Origin: a virus
Length of the DNA stretch: 64,000 nt
Direction: 5' to 3' (one strand)
Virus record (IMG/VR): IMGVR_UViG_3300024988_000010
Shown here piece by piece: positions 1 through 8,472 of this stretch. Position 1 is the stretch's first letter. Every line of letters starts with the position of its first letter. The notes under the pieces were generated by a model. That model was not told the DNA's origin and ran no database searches. It saw only the letters and a program-made list of their open reading frames with translations. A program made the position numbers and the translations under genes.

Positions 1-1
1 C

Positions 2-235
2 AGTCACCTGATCGTCCAGCGAACCGCCACCGGCACGCTTCCCGACGAAGGCCCGGCCAAGCTGCTCAGGCTTGCCCTGGCCGACATGGTGGCCGACCTC
101 GAGCCGGAGAGCGCGGGGAAGATCGCGGCCCGGTTCGATGTGTTGCTGGCCGAGGTGAAAGCGGACAGGGAAGCATTGCAGAGGAAGGCGGGGGTGTGGA
201 GCGGGATGGAGAGGAAGAAGCGGTATTACGATTGA
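2..235 (+). CDS. 3' end of a hypothetical protein truncated by the window edge
   Basis: Frame open from base 2 to TGA at 233-235 (SHLIVQRTATGTLPDEG...RKKRYYD*). No recognisable motif. Confidence 0.4.
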   Translation, partial: SHLIVQRTATGTLPDEGPAKLLRLALADMVADLEPESAGKIAARFDVLLAEVKADREALQRKAGVWSGMERKKRYYD

Positions 236-507
236 GGGGCGGGAACGGTTTTCCGGGGCGGCCTCCCCCTGCCCCGGTATTCCCGGAAATCCTCGGCCAG
301 AACTTCGTGGTCCGTCAGCTTCTCAATCGCCGCGATCTTGTCGGGCGTGGGGCGGGCCAGCAGCTGTTCCCAGGCGGAGACGGCCTGCTTTGAGACCGTG
401 ATGCCGGGGAACTTCTCGGCGAGTAGGCCCGCGAAGCCAGCGTGGCTGTAGCGGTTGGCTTTTCGCCAGAGGGTGAGGGGGTGGAGGGCGTGGGGGGTGT
501 GGAGCAT
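226..507 (-). CDS. Cro/XRE-like helix-turn-helix protein
   Basis: 93 aa. LTLWRKANRYSHAGFAGLL...VSKQAVSAWEQ...P..DKIAAIEKLT fits a Cro-like HTH pattern. Confidence 0.6.
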   Translation of the reverse strand: MLHTPHALHPLTLWRKANRYSHAGFAGLLAEKFPGITVSKQAVSAWEQLLARPTPDKIAAIEKLTDHEVLAEDFREYRGRGRPPRKTVPAPQS

Positions 508-521
508 TCTGTATCCCTGTT

Positions 522-866
522 CTATCCGTTGCTCGTCGTCGCCGCTTCATTCCGCGCCAGTTGAGCGTTCACTTCTGCAGTGACATCGCGGATGTCCCTT
601 GCCCCTGCGGCGCGTGCCCACAATTGTCTAATCATCCTGTTGCTCTCCTCCAACGATGCTCGGAGCCTCGCATTCTGCTCCTGCATCGCCTGGTAATCGT
701 CCATCATCTCGTCGTCCGCCTCGTCCGGTGGCAGCGCGAGAGCCGCTCGTGATTGTTCAAGGGCAGCCTTCCATATTCCGTCCTTTTCATTCGGAGTAAC
801 ATTTTTATCCACTTCGTCCAGCAACTCTGCCAGAGCTTTCCTTAACGATTTCACTCGTCCAGTCAT
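522..866 (-). CDS. hypothetical protein (coiled-coil)
   Basis: 114 aa, helical heptad character, preceded by an AAGGAGG RBS on the minus strand. Confidence 0.6.
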   Translation of the reverse strand: MTGRVKSLRKALAELLDEVDKNVTPNEKDGIWKAALEQSRAALALPPDEADDEMMDDYQAMQEQNARLRASLEESNRMIRQLWARAAGARDIRDVTAEVNAQLARNEAATTSNG

Positions 867-1051
867 ACCGCCTCCTTCTTTGTCCTATCCCTTATCGCAT
901 ACTCCACCGAATGCCTACCACGCCCCATCTTGTCGCGCAAGCGGAATGATTGCCTGAACGTCAAATAAAGTGATTGACCATTCGGCAAATCGCCTCTAGT
1001 GTCCCCCCATGCATTCGGACGATGAAGTCCGGCATGAGCAAGGAGGCCAGT

Positions 1052-1261
1052 ATGGCTGATAACGACAGCAAAATCCTCGAACAAATCCGCGAGGTCATTT
1101 CTCAGATTGCACCGCTCGTTGACCGCGAAGAGGACGGATGCTTCGACATCCACGGCTGGTCAGGCGGAAATCTCGACGATGCGTACTCCTTGGGCGAGAC
1201 GGACGGGGAAGCGTCCCTCGCTGAGCGAATCCGCAAGCTACTCAGCGATACGAACTCCTAA
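1052..1261 (+). CDS. hypothetical protein
   Basis: AAGGAGG at 1040-1046 precedes ATG 1052 (MADNDSKILEQIREVI...). Confidence 0.6.
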   Translation: MADNDSKILEQIREVISQIAPLVDREEDGCFDIHGWSGGNLDDAYSLGETDGEASLAERIRKLLSDTNS

Positions 1262-1270
1262 CCACCCACC

Positions 1271-1316
1271 GGGGCGGCCTCCGTGTCGCCCCACCCCAAC
1301 AACTCACCAAGGATGG
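1271..1316 (+). repeat. 46-bp hairpin-plus-leader repeat, copy 1
   Basis: GGGGCGGCCTCCGTGTCGCCCCACCCCAACAACTCACCAAGGATGG. 44/46 identical to 3274-3319. Confidence 0.9.
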
Positions 1317-1321
1317 ACAAC

Positions 1322-3265
1322 ATGACTACCCAAAACATCGAAATCACCAAGCTGTCGAAAAGCCCGCTTAACGCTCGCAAGACGCTGACGCAGAGCGGCA
1401 TCGAGGACATGAAAGCCTCGATCCTCGCCCACGGCCTGATGCAGAATCTTGTCGTCACGGAAGCCGGGGACGGCACCTATCACGTCATCGCCGGGGCACG
1501 CCGCTTGGCCGCCCTCCAGCAACTACAGGCCGAGGGCAAGCTGACGGAGGATTACGCCGTCCCCTGCCAGATCGCCTCCGAGGAACAGGCGGCGGAATTG
1601 AGCCTCGCGGAAAACATCGTCCGCTCCGCCATGCACCCTGCCGACGAGTTCGAGGCGTTCGCGGCCCTCGCCGACAAGGGACGTTCCGCCGAGGAGATCG
1701 CCCTGAACTTCGGCGTCACGGCGAAGCACGTCGAGCAGCGGATGAAATTGGCCCGCGTAGCCCCCTCGCTGCTGGCCGCCTACCGGGCCGGGGAGATGAC
1801 CCTCGAATCGCTCATGGCCTTCACCGTCACCGACGACAAGAAGCGTCAGGTGAAGGTGTGGAAGGGGCTGAGCGGCTGGCAGAAGGACAGCCCGCGAGAA
1901 ATCCGCGGCATCCTCACCGAGAACTCGATCAAAGGCGACTCGACGCTCGCCCGGTTCGTCGGCTTGGAGGCCTACGAGTCCGCTGGCGGGGTTATCCGCC
2001 GCGACCTGTTCGGGGACGACACCTATCTCGACAGCCCCGACCTCGTGAGGGAACTCGCCAGCCGGAAGCTGGAAGCCGCCGCCGAGCAACTGAAAGCGGA
2101 CGGCTGGAAGTGGGTGGAAACCGCCCTTGAGCGGGACTGGCAGTTCGCCAACCAGTGCGAAGAACTGGAGCCGGTACCGCTCGATGCCCCGAAGGAATGG
2201 CTGGACGAGAAGGAGAAGCTGCAAGCCGAGTTCGACGCCCTCGACAAGCATCTCGACGAGATGGACAGCGATTCCGAGGAGTGGGACGCCCTAAGCGAGA
2301 AGCACGAAGGGGTGCAAGACAAGCTTTACGAACTTGAGACGAAGATCGAGGAATACGGCGTCTTCACCCCCGAGCAGAAGGCGATGTCCGGGTGCTACGT
2401 CACGGTGGGCAACGGCGAGGTCCGCATCGAAATGGGGCTGATGAAGCCGGAGGACAGCAAGGAAGTGGGTGAGCCGGAAAAGGATGTCCGCGAAGCGCGG
2501 AAGTCCGAGGCGGAAGCCAAACCGACTGGGCTCTCGAAGCCGCTCATCGATGACCTGAAGGCCTACCGGCTGGGAGCCGCACAGGCAGAGATCGCCAAGC
2601 ATCCACAGATCGCGTTCGACCTGCTGGTGTTCAAGGCGGCCAAGAACTGCTGCGGCCTCAGCCACGCCTATGACGGGCCGAACGTCTCGTTCAATGCGAA
2701 CTTCGGCGGCCCCGCATCTTCGGCTGCCCGCGAGTTCGTGGCGGAGCAGTTGAAGCCGATCAAGGATTCCCTGCCGCTGGATTGGCTGGAACTGGACAAC
2801 CAGCAGGACCAGTTCGCCGCCCTGCAAGCCCTGACATTGGAGCAGAAGCACGCCATCCTCGCCTACTGCGTGGCCAGCACATTGGAGCCGAAACTACTTC
2901 CGAAGGCGGGGCCGGACGACGACCGCCGGACGGCCTACGACATCGCACTGGCCCAGACCGGGGCGAACGTGGCCGGATACTGGCGACCGACCAAGGACAA
3001 CTACCTTGGCCGCCTCACCAAGGACCAGCTGCTCGACCTCGGTGCCGAGTTGCTCGGCCAGCAGTGGGCCTCGCACCGCCGGAACAGCAAGAAAGCCGCT
3101 CTAGCCGAGGATCTGCATCAGGCGTTCGCGGGGCCAAAGAAGCACGGCAAGACGCCGGAGCAGGTGGAACGCCTGACCAACTGGCTCCCCGCCGGGATGG
3201 AGTTCGGCTCGCTCCCGCAGCCCGAGAAGCCCGCCAAAGCGAAGAAGGCACGGAAGGCCGCATAG
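1322..3265 (+). CDS. ParB/RepB/Spo0J-family protein, long plasmid/ICE type
   Basis: N-terminal ParB box (LNARK...GLMQNLVV...VIAGARRLAAL), ENIVRSAMHPADEFEAF, HTH, and a long C-terminal region. Confidence 0.9.
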   Translation: MTTQNIEITKLSKSPLNARKTLTQSGIEDMKASILAHGLMQNLVVTEAGDGTYHVIAGARRLAALQQLQAEGKLTEDYAVPCQIASEEQAAELSLAENIVRSAMHPADEFEAFAALADKGRSAEEIALNFGVTAKHVEQRMKLARVAPSLLAAYRAGEMTLESLMAFTVTDDKKRQVKVWKGLSGWQKDSPREIRGILTENSIKGDSTLARFVGLEAYESAGGVIRRDLFGDDTYLDSPDLVRELASRKLEAAAEQLKADGWKWVETALERDWQFANQCEELEPVPLDAPKEWLDEKEKLQAEFDALDKHLDEMDSDSEEWDALSEKHEGVQDKLYELETKIEEYGVFTPEQKAMSGCYVTVGNGEVRIEMGLMKPEDSKEVGEPEKDVREARKSEAEAKPTGLSKPLIDDLKAYRLGAAQAEIAKHPQIAFDLLVFKAAKNCCGLSHAYDGPNVSFNANFGGPASSAAREFVAEQLKPIKDSLPLDWLELDNQQDQFAALQALTLEQKHAILAYCVASTLEPKLLPKAGPDDDRRTAYDIALAQTGANVAGYWRPTKDNYLGRLTKDQLLDLGAELLGQQWASHRRNSKKAALAEDLHQAFAGPKKHGKTPEQVERLTNWLPAGMEFGSLPQPEKPAKAKKARKAA

Positions 3266-3273
3266 CAACCACG

Positions 3274-3319
3274 GGGGCGGCCTACGGGTCGCCCCACCCC
3301 AACAACTCACCAAGGATGG
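3274..3319 (+). repeat. 46-bp hairpin-plus-leader repeat, copy 2
   Basis: GGGGCGGCCTACGGGTCGCCCCACCCCAACAACTCACCAAGGATGG, with a cUACGg tetraloop hairpin. Confidence 0.9.
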
Positions 3320-3325
3320 TTCACC

Positions 3326-3604
3326 ATGTCTCAAATCAAACTGAATCCCGCCGCCTCAACAGCAGCACGCCGCCGATTCGCTGAAGCCCAATCCGAACGC
3401 GAATGCCAGTTCATGGCGGGCGTGAAGGGCGAGGCACTCATCAGTCCTATTGAGGAGGCCGTGAGGGCGTACATCGAGGCCGATCCGCTGTACCGGGCAG
3501 CTCCAGCGCTACTTGAAGCTCTCCGAGCTGCCGAAGGCGTAATCCATTGGGCTGTTGACCACGGGGCGAAGTCCGAGCCCGTTCTGAAAATGGTGCGGAA
3601 GTAG
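3326..3604 (+). CDS. hypothetical phage protein
   Basis: 92 aa, starts just after repeat copy 2. Contains the AAPALLEAL motif common in small phage proteins. Confidence 0.6.
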   Translation: MSQIKLNPAASTAARRRFAEAQSERECQFMAGVKGEALISPIEEAVRAYIEADPLYRAAPALLEALRAAEGVIHWAVDHGAKSEPVLKMVRK

Positions 3605-3633
3605 ATCAAAGCCACGGCGACCGACGAGGCCGC

Positions 3634-5322
3634 GTGACCCGGACCGTTCAACTCCACCGAGCGACCCTCCACCTCGGCGACTGCATTGAGGCTCTGAAGA
3701 CACTCGCACCGGAGTCGGTGGACAGCATCGTCACCGATCCACCCTACGCGTTCCCAGGCGGATTCATGGGGAAAGGCTGGGACAACTTTGATGGCCGGGA
3801 AGACTGCGGTTTCGGGTATTGGCTCGCAGGTTTCACGGATGGCGAAGGTCATTTCCGGGTCCAGAGACACGAGCGGGGCACGCACGTTTGTGCGTTTCAA
3901 CTCAAGCTTCGCCGCGACGACAGAGCGGCGCTGGAGCGGATCATGAGGTTTGTCGGATACGGCTCGATACATGATCTCGACGGCGACGGGGCAAGCAAGC
4001 CGCAATCGGTGTTTGTCGTGCAAGATAAGGAAGGGTGTGACCGGCTGGTATCGCTGTTCAGGAAGTACCCGCTGACGGCCAAGAAGTCTCTCGACTTCGA
4101 GATCTGGGCTGAGGCGGTGGAGGAATGGCTTGACCGGCCAAGAGGCAACCGATGGACGGGAACAGCCGATCAAACGCGGGCCGCCGTACTGAAGGCACGC
4201 CTAGAGGACGTAAGGAGGTACACGGATGTCCCTTGGTCAGGCCACAAGTTTCAAGACTGGTGCAGGCTGTGGGCCAAGGAATGTTATCGCGTGTTGAAAC
4301 CGGGGGGGCACCTCCTCGCCTTCGGTTCTCCGCGGGGCTATCACCGTCTCTCAGCCGGTATCGAGGACGCGGGGTTCGAGATCCGCGACCAGATAATGTG
4401 GGTCTTCGGCAGTGGATTCCCCAAATCGCACAACCTCGAAGGCGACTGGGAGGGCTGGGGCACGGCTCTGAAGCCAGCTCATGAGCCGATCGTGGTCGCC
4501 CGGAAGCCTTTCAGAGGGACAGTTGCTCAGAACGTCCTAGCCCACGGCACCGGTGCCCTCAAGATCGAGGGCTGCCGGGTGCAGCCGACCGGAGAAAGCC
4601 GCCAGAGGGTCAGCGAAGCATCTCAAGATCGACGTTACACGGAAACGGGCGGGACGAACTTCGCCGCCAAGCCCGGCATTCGTGGCGGAGATCCGGCCGG
4701 AAGATGGCCCGCCAATCTGATCCACGACGGCAGCGATGAAGTCCTCTCCTGCTTCCCCGACGCCCCAGGCCAGTCGCGGGCCGTCACGGGCGACGAGCCT
4801 AGCAGCAAGACGAACAACGTCTATGGTCAGTTCGACGGGCGCCCAGCGACTCAGCCGAGGGGCGATTCGGGTTCCGCAGCACGCTTCTTTTACTGTGCCA
4901 AGGCGAGCCGGAAGGACCGGGATGAGGGGCTGGAGCGGTTTGAGAATCGGCCCGCAGGAGTTAAGAACGAGAGCGGTCGCGGCTTCTCAGACGGCGACCC
5001 CTACCGGGCGATCCTGCGGAAGAACACGCATCCCACGGTCAAGCCGACCGATCTGATGCGTTACCTGTGCCGCCTCGTGACCCCACCGGGCGGAACGGTT
5101 TTGGATCCATTCCTCGGAAGCGGTTCGACAGGCAAGGCCGCCCTTCTGGAAGGGTTCCGGTTCATCGGCATCGAGCGGGAGCCGGAGTATTTCGACATCG
5201 CCTGCGCCCGCGTCGCCGGAGGGGGAGCCGTCCTAGACCAGGGCGTGCCTGCCACTGTCCCGATGGCGAAGGCGGAGCCGGAAAGGCCAGCCCAGCCAGA
5301 CCTGTTCGGCGGGGCAGCATGA
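3634..5322 (+). CDS. N6/N4 DNA methyltransferase (beta class) with an in-frame LAGLIDADG endonuclease domain
   Basis: Motif IV VTDPPY, RVLKPGG, GFPKS, HPTVKP and motif I DPFLGSGSTG. YWLAGFTDGEGHF (3817-3849) begins an insert of about 150 aa. Confidence 0.88.
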   Translation: MTRTVQLHRATLHLGDCIEALKTLAPESVDSIVTDPPYAFPGGFMGKGWDNFDGREDCGFGYWLAGFTDGEGHFRVQRHERGTHVCAFQLKLRRDDRAALERIMRFVGYGSIHDLDGDGASKPQSVFVVQDKEGCDRLVSLFRKYPLTAKKSLDFEIWAEAVEEWLDRPRGNRWTGTADQTRAAVLKARLEDVRRYTDVPWSGHKFQDWCRLWAKECYRVLKPGGHLLAFGSPRGYHRLSAGIEDAGFEIRDQIMWVFGSGFPKSHNLEGDWEGWGTALKPAHEPIVVARKPFRGTVAQNVLAHGTGALKIEGCRVQPTGESRQRVSEASQDRRYTETGGTNFAAKPGIRGGDPAGRWPANLIHDGSDEVLSCFPDAPGQSRAVTGDEPSSKTNNVYGQFDGRPATQPRGDSGSAARFFYCAKASRKDRDEGLERFENRPAGVKNESGRGFSDGDPYRAILRKNTHPTVKPTDLMRYLCRLVTPPGGTVLDPFLGSGSTGKAALLEGFRFIGIEREPEYFDIACARVAGGGAVLDQGVPATVPMAKAEPERPAQPDLFGGAA

Positions 5323-5492
5323 TCCTCCCTGGCCTCGACCGCTTCCACCTCTGTGCCCTCTACGCGGCACGAATCGCCGTATCCGAGGGCAGGCTGGGCG
5401 AGAGCGAGTATGTCAGGCAGATGACTTACCGGATGTGCGAGGGAGGGGCGTTCAGGGACGAGAACCCAGAGACCACGGAGGAAGCACGATGA
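5319..5492 (+). CDS. small hypothetical protein
   Basis: ATGA overlap with the methyltransferase stop (MILPGLDRFHLC...). Confidence 0.5.
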   Translation: MILPGLDRFHLCALYAARIAVSEGRLGESEYVRQMTYRMCEGGAFRDENPETTEEAR

Positions 5493-5650
5493 AGATCGAA
5501 TTCACGGTATTGGCGAACGATCCTCCGGAACCGTTGGAAATCCAGATCGACACCGATTCGAACCAACTGACCGTTCGCTTGCCGGTCGTGGAAGAGCGGA
5601 TCGACAAGTATCAGTGGCGGTTCCAGCTCACCCCCGTTGAGGCCGCGTGA
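5489..5650 (+). CDS. small hypothetical protein
   Basis: ATGA overlap upstream, GTGA overlap downstream, GGAGG RBS. Confidence 0.55.
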   Translation: MKIEFTVLANDPPEPLEIQIDTDSNQLTVRLPVVEERIDKYQWRFQLTPVEAA

Positions 5651-6666
5651 CCTGGGTCCAGAAAACGCTCTTCAGCGAGGAACCAGAGCCTTCCTGCCTC
5701 CTGCCCCTCGATCAGTACGACGTGATCGCGGTGGGTTACAGCGGCGGCAAAGACAGCCTCGCCTCCCTGCTTGACCTGCTGGATCGTGGCGTCCCGCCCT
5801 CCAAGATCGAGCTTCACCACCACGATATCGACGGCCAGGGCGAGGCCCTCATGGACTGGCCTTGCACGCGGGCCTACGTGAAGGCCACCGCCGAGGCGTT
5901 GGGCATACCGGTTGTCTTCTCCTGGCGGGAAGGCGGGTTCGTCCGTGAAATGCTCCGCGACCGGACGGCGACGGCTCCGGTGGTCTATGAGCGTGGCGGC
6001 GAGACCGTCACCCTGCCCACGAAGCGGGAGACGCCGGGGACGCGGCTGAAATTTCCGCAGGTCAGTGCCGACCTCAACGTCCGCTGGTGTTCCGCGTATC
6101 TCAAGATCGACGTGATGGCCCGCGTGCTGGCCAATGATCCGGCCTACCAGGGGAAGAAAATCCTGGTCGTCACCGGGGAGCGGCGGCAGGAGTCGTCCGC
6201 CAGGGCCAGGTACGCCGAGAGCGAGCCGCACCGGACGAACACCCGGAGCCGCACCGTCCACCAATGGCGGAACGTCATCGACTGGAGCGAGGAGCAGGTC
6301 TGGGACGAAATCCGGCGGTGGAACGTCCGCCCACATCCGAGTTATTCCCTCGGCTGGGGAAGAACCTCTTGTCTTGCCTGCATCTTCGGGGACGCAGACC
6401 AGTGGGCCAGCGTGAAGTCCATCGCCCCGGAACGCTTCCAGCGGATCGCTGGGCTTGAGCGGGACTTCCGCAGCACGATCAGGAAGGGTCAGACGGTCGA
6501 GGAAATCGCCGCCAAAGGCCGGGAGTTCGTGTCCGATAAGCCATCCGAACCTCGGGCGTTGGCCATGTCGCCGGACGCGTTCACCAGGGAGCACTTCTTC
6601 CTGAAACCGGGGGAGGTGTGGACGGTTCCGGCGGGGGCGTACAAGCGGTGCGGAGGGCCGAGTTGA
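5647..6666 (+). CDS. PAPS-reductase-family (PP-loop) protein
   Basis: YSGGKDS PP-loop, RWCSAYLK, TGERRQES.AR, W...QVW, and C-terminal SCLACIF. Confidence 0.85.
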   Translation: MTWVQKTLFSEEPEPSCLLPLDQYDVIAVGYSGGKDSLASLLDLLDRGVPPSKIELHHHDIDGQGEALMDWPCTRAYVKATAEALGIPVVFSWREGGFVREMLRDRTATAPVVYERGGETVTLPTKRETPGTRLKFPQVSADLNVRWCSAYLKIDVMARVLANDPAYQGKKILVVTGERRQESSARARYAESEPHRTNTRSRTVHQWRNVIDWSEEQVWDEIRRWNVRPHPSYSLGWGRTSCLACIFGDADQWASVKSIAPERFQRIAGLERDFRSTIRKGQTVEEIAAKGREFVSDKPSEPRALAMSPDAFTREHFFLKPGEVWTVPAGAYKRCGGPS

Positions 6667-6673
6667 GCATGGC

Positions 6674-6870
6674 GGCCAGGAAGGGCTTGGGCGTTCCCCG
6701 CTACGCGGGTCGGTCCCTGCAGCACTCCGCTTCGCTGCGGTCCCTTCGGGACGGCTTCGCCTGCCTCCGGCACCTAACGCAGGAAGAAGGGGGTCTGCGA
6801 CCCCATCGCGGTAAAGGCCAAGCCCTGCGGGTGTCCGGCCAACGATTTTCTCTCTGCCCTTCGGGCATTC
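6674..6870. other. structured non-coding element (long stem with internal hairpins)
   Basis: AGGGCTTGG 6682-6690 pairs with CCAAGCCCT 6818-6826, and GGGTCG 6707-6712 with CGACCC 6798-6803. These enclose small hairpins (GTCCCTTCGGGAC, GGCTTCGCC, TGCCTCCGGCA). Confidence 0.6.
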
Positions 6871-6978
6871 ACTCGCTCATACAAAATCGCCGTCCGGCCA
6901 GCCTTGACCACTCCCCCCGCCGCTTCGCCAGCGTGGCAGAAGTTCAGTGCCGCTTTTTGCGGACTGACCTTCGACAAC

Positions 6979-6996
6979 AACCAGAGCAAGGAACGC
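6979..6996 (+). repeat. leader repeat AACCAGAGCAAGGAACGC, copy 1 (others at 7283-7300 and 7572-7585)
   Basis: Identical 18-mer at 7283-7300 and the first 14 nt again at 7572-7585. Each copy lies just before an ATG. Confidence 0.85.
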
Positions 6997-7001
6997 CAAC
7001 C

Positions 7002-7226
7002 ATGAAAAAGCACTACAAGCTGGAAGTCTCCGTGAAAATCCTCGAACGCGGCAAATGGTCGTTTGAAGACAGGGAGGCCATCGCCTTCACCGTCAACGAG
7101 CTGATTCCCGCCGGAGTCCATCCGGTTGACTACGCCCGGCAGCGGCTGCGGGAAGAAGTCGCACGGCACGCCAGCCAGACGACCATCAAGACGAAGGAAG
7201 AGATTACTTCCAGCGTGGAGATTTGA
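7002..7226 (+). CDS. hypothetical protein
   Basis: ATG 7002 after the leader repeat (MKKHYKLEVSVKIL...). Confidence 0.6.
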   Translation: MKKHYKLEVSVKILERGKWSFEDREAIAFTVNELIPAGVHPVDYARQRLREEVARHASQTTIKTKEEITSSVEI

Positions 7227-7304
7227 GGCCAAAGTTTAAGACAAACCGGGGCGGCTCGAAAGGGTCGCCCCACAGGAGAAAAAACCAGAGCAAGGAACGC
7301 TGAT

Positions 7305-7550
7305 ATGAAAACCAACCCCACCTTATTTGCCCGCCGCAGGAAGCTGAACCAGCTCAACGAACTACTCCGCGAACTGTGGCAGTTGGAGCAGTACAACTTG
7401 GAGGACTGGAGGGCGGAACCCGACCCGGAGGACAAGGCACGCTACGCCCGGAACTGCGGCGAGTACGCTCGGCAGATCGACGCGTTGGAATGGGCTATCG
7501 GGGAGCTAAAGAGGCCGGGCATCGTCCGGCGGTTTCGCAAGGCTGCGTAG
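7305..7550 (+). CDS. hypothetical protein
   Basis: 81 aa, follows a hairpin (7248-7271) and the leader repeat. Confidence 0.6.
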   Translation: MKTNPTLFARRRKLNQLNELLRELWQLEQYNLEDWRAEPDPEDKARYARNCGEYARQIDALEWAIGELKRPGIVRRFRKAA

Positions 7551-7592
7551 ATCGAGACACCGACAACCTACAACCAGAGCAAGGATGCAACC

Positions 7593-8015
7593 ATGAACGA
7601 CCTACTTACGCAAATGGCCGACCAACTGAGCGAAGCCATCGGCCTCGCTGAAGCTCTGCGGGACCAGAGCCGAGACTTCCCCCAAGTGTTCGAGCTGAAT
7701 GCCTACATCGAGACCGTGACGCAGCTCGTGGCGGAAGCACGTGCGGCAGTCGCCGAGCGACCGGCCCAGCCCACCCTCACCCCCGAGGAAACCGACTGGC
7801 TGGCGGCCTACAACGCCCACGTCCACCACATGCAAGTCGAGGCTGCAGACCGGGGCTGGGACGCAGCCGCATCTAGGGACACGCACGACCGCTGGCTGAA
7901 ACTCTCCCTGACGTACCGCGAACGGCACGGGGAGCCACAGTTACCGATGACCTGCACCAACCGGGATTCGCATGAGCGGGCGAGACAGCTTTATGCGAAG
8001 CGGAGGGCGGCATGA
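7593..8015 (+). CDS. hypothetical protein
   Basis: 140 aa, follows the third leader copy. ATGA overlap with the next gene. Confidence 0.65.
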   Translation: MNDLLTQMADQLSEAIGLAEALRDQSRDFPQVFELNAYIETVTQLVAEARAAVAERPAQPTLTPEETDWLAAYNAHVHHMQVEAADRGWDAAASRDTHDRWLKLSLTYRERHGEPQLPMTCTNRDSHERARQLYAKRRAA

Positions 8016-8296
8016 GCGGCCTTTTGGAACTGTACCTGGCCCAGCCTCATTTCTCGCCGATGCACGCCGGGAAGCTTCGGAAAGCCCTGCTTCGCCCGCA
8101 GCGTTACTCCGGTGGTCCCGTCACAAATCGGGCCGCCTACGCGGAGAGCCGAGTTGCGGCAGGGAATGTCAAGATCGACCGAGAGAAGCAACGCTATGAG
8201 GACACCGACACCGGATATTTCTACGCGTTCAGCGACATCACGCTGGCCTTGGTGGATTACACGGAGTGGCTTCTGAGCCGGAAGGAGGCGGCATGA
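8012..8296 (+). CDS. hypothetical protein
   Basis: 94 aa, translationally coupled on both sides. Confidence 0.6.
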   Translation: MSGLLELYLAQPHFSPMHAGKLRKALLRPQRYSGGPVTNRAAYAESRVAAGNVKIDREKQRYEDTDTGYFYAFSDITLALVDYTEWLLSRKEAA

Positions 8297-8472
8297 CCAC
8301 CAGCCAGAAAACGCTGGAAGACCTCGCCCGCATCAAAGCCCTGTTTCAACTGCGGGCCATAACGGCGGCAATGGAAATCCCTGCACCGGAATCGGTGGAT
8401 TGCCCCACCTGCTGCGACCACCACGACCCGGACGCGATCCCCCTCCCATGCCAGACCGGTGACGGCGAATGA
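8293..8472 (+). CDS. small hypothetical protein with a CxxC motif
   Basis: AAGGAGG RBS, ATGA overlap, CPTCCDHH motif. Confidence 0.5.
   Translation: MTTSQKTLEDLARIKALFQLRAITAAMEIPAPESVDCPTCCDHHDPDAIPLPCQTGDGE

Noticed and set aside
863-1153. 96-aa reverse-strand ORF
   Set aside because: Overlaps head-to-head with the better supported 1052-1261 gene. A shorter version may be real, but I could not fix a start.
3790-4250. Intein in the methyltransferase
   Set aside because: No Hint-domain blocks and no terminal His-Asn followed by Cys/Ser/Thr. The insert is only endonuclease-sized.
5647-6666. Dnd phosphorothioation system or sulfate assimilation (cysH)
   Set aside because: No dndA/B/D/E or cys genes nearby. 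Only the PP-loop family can be supported.
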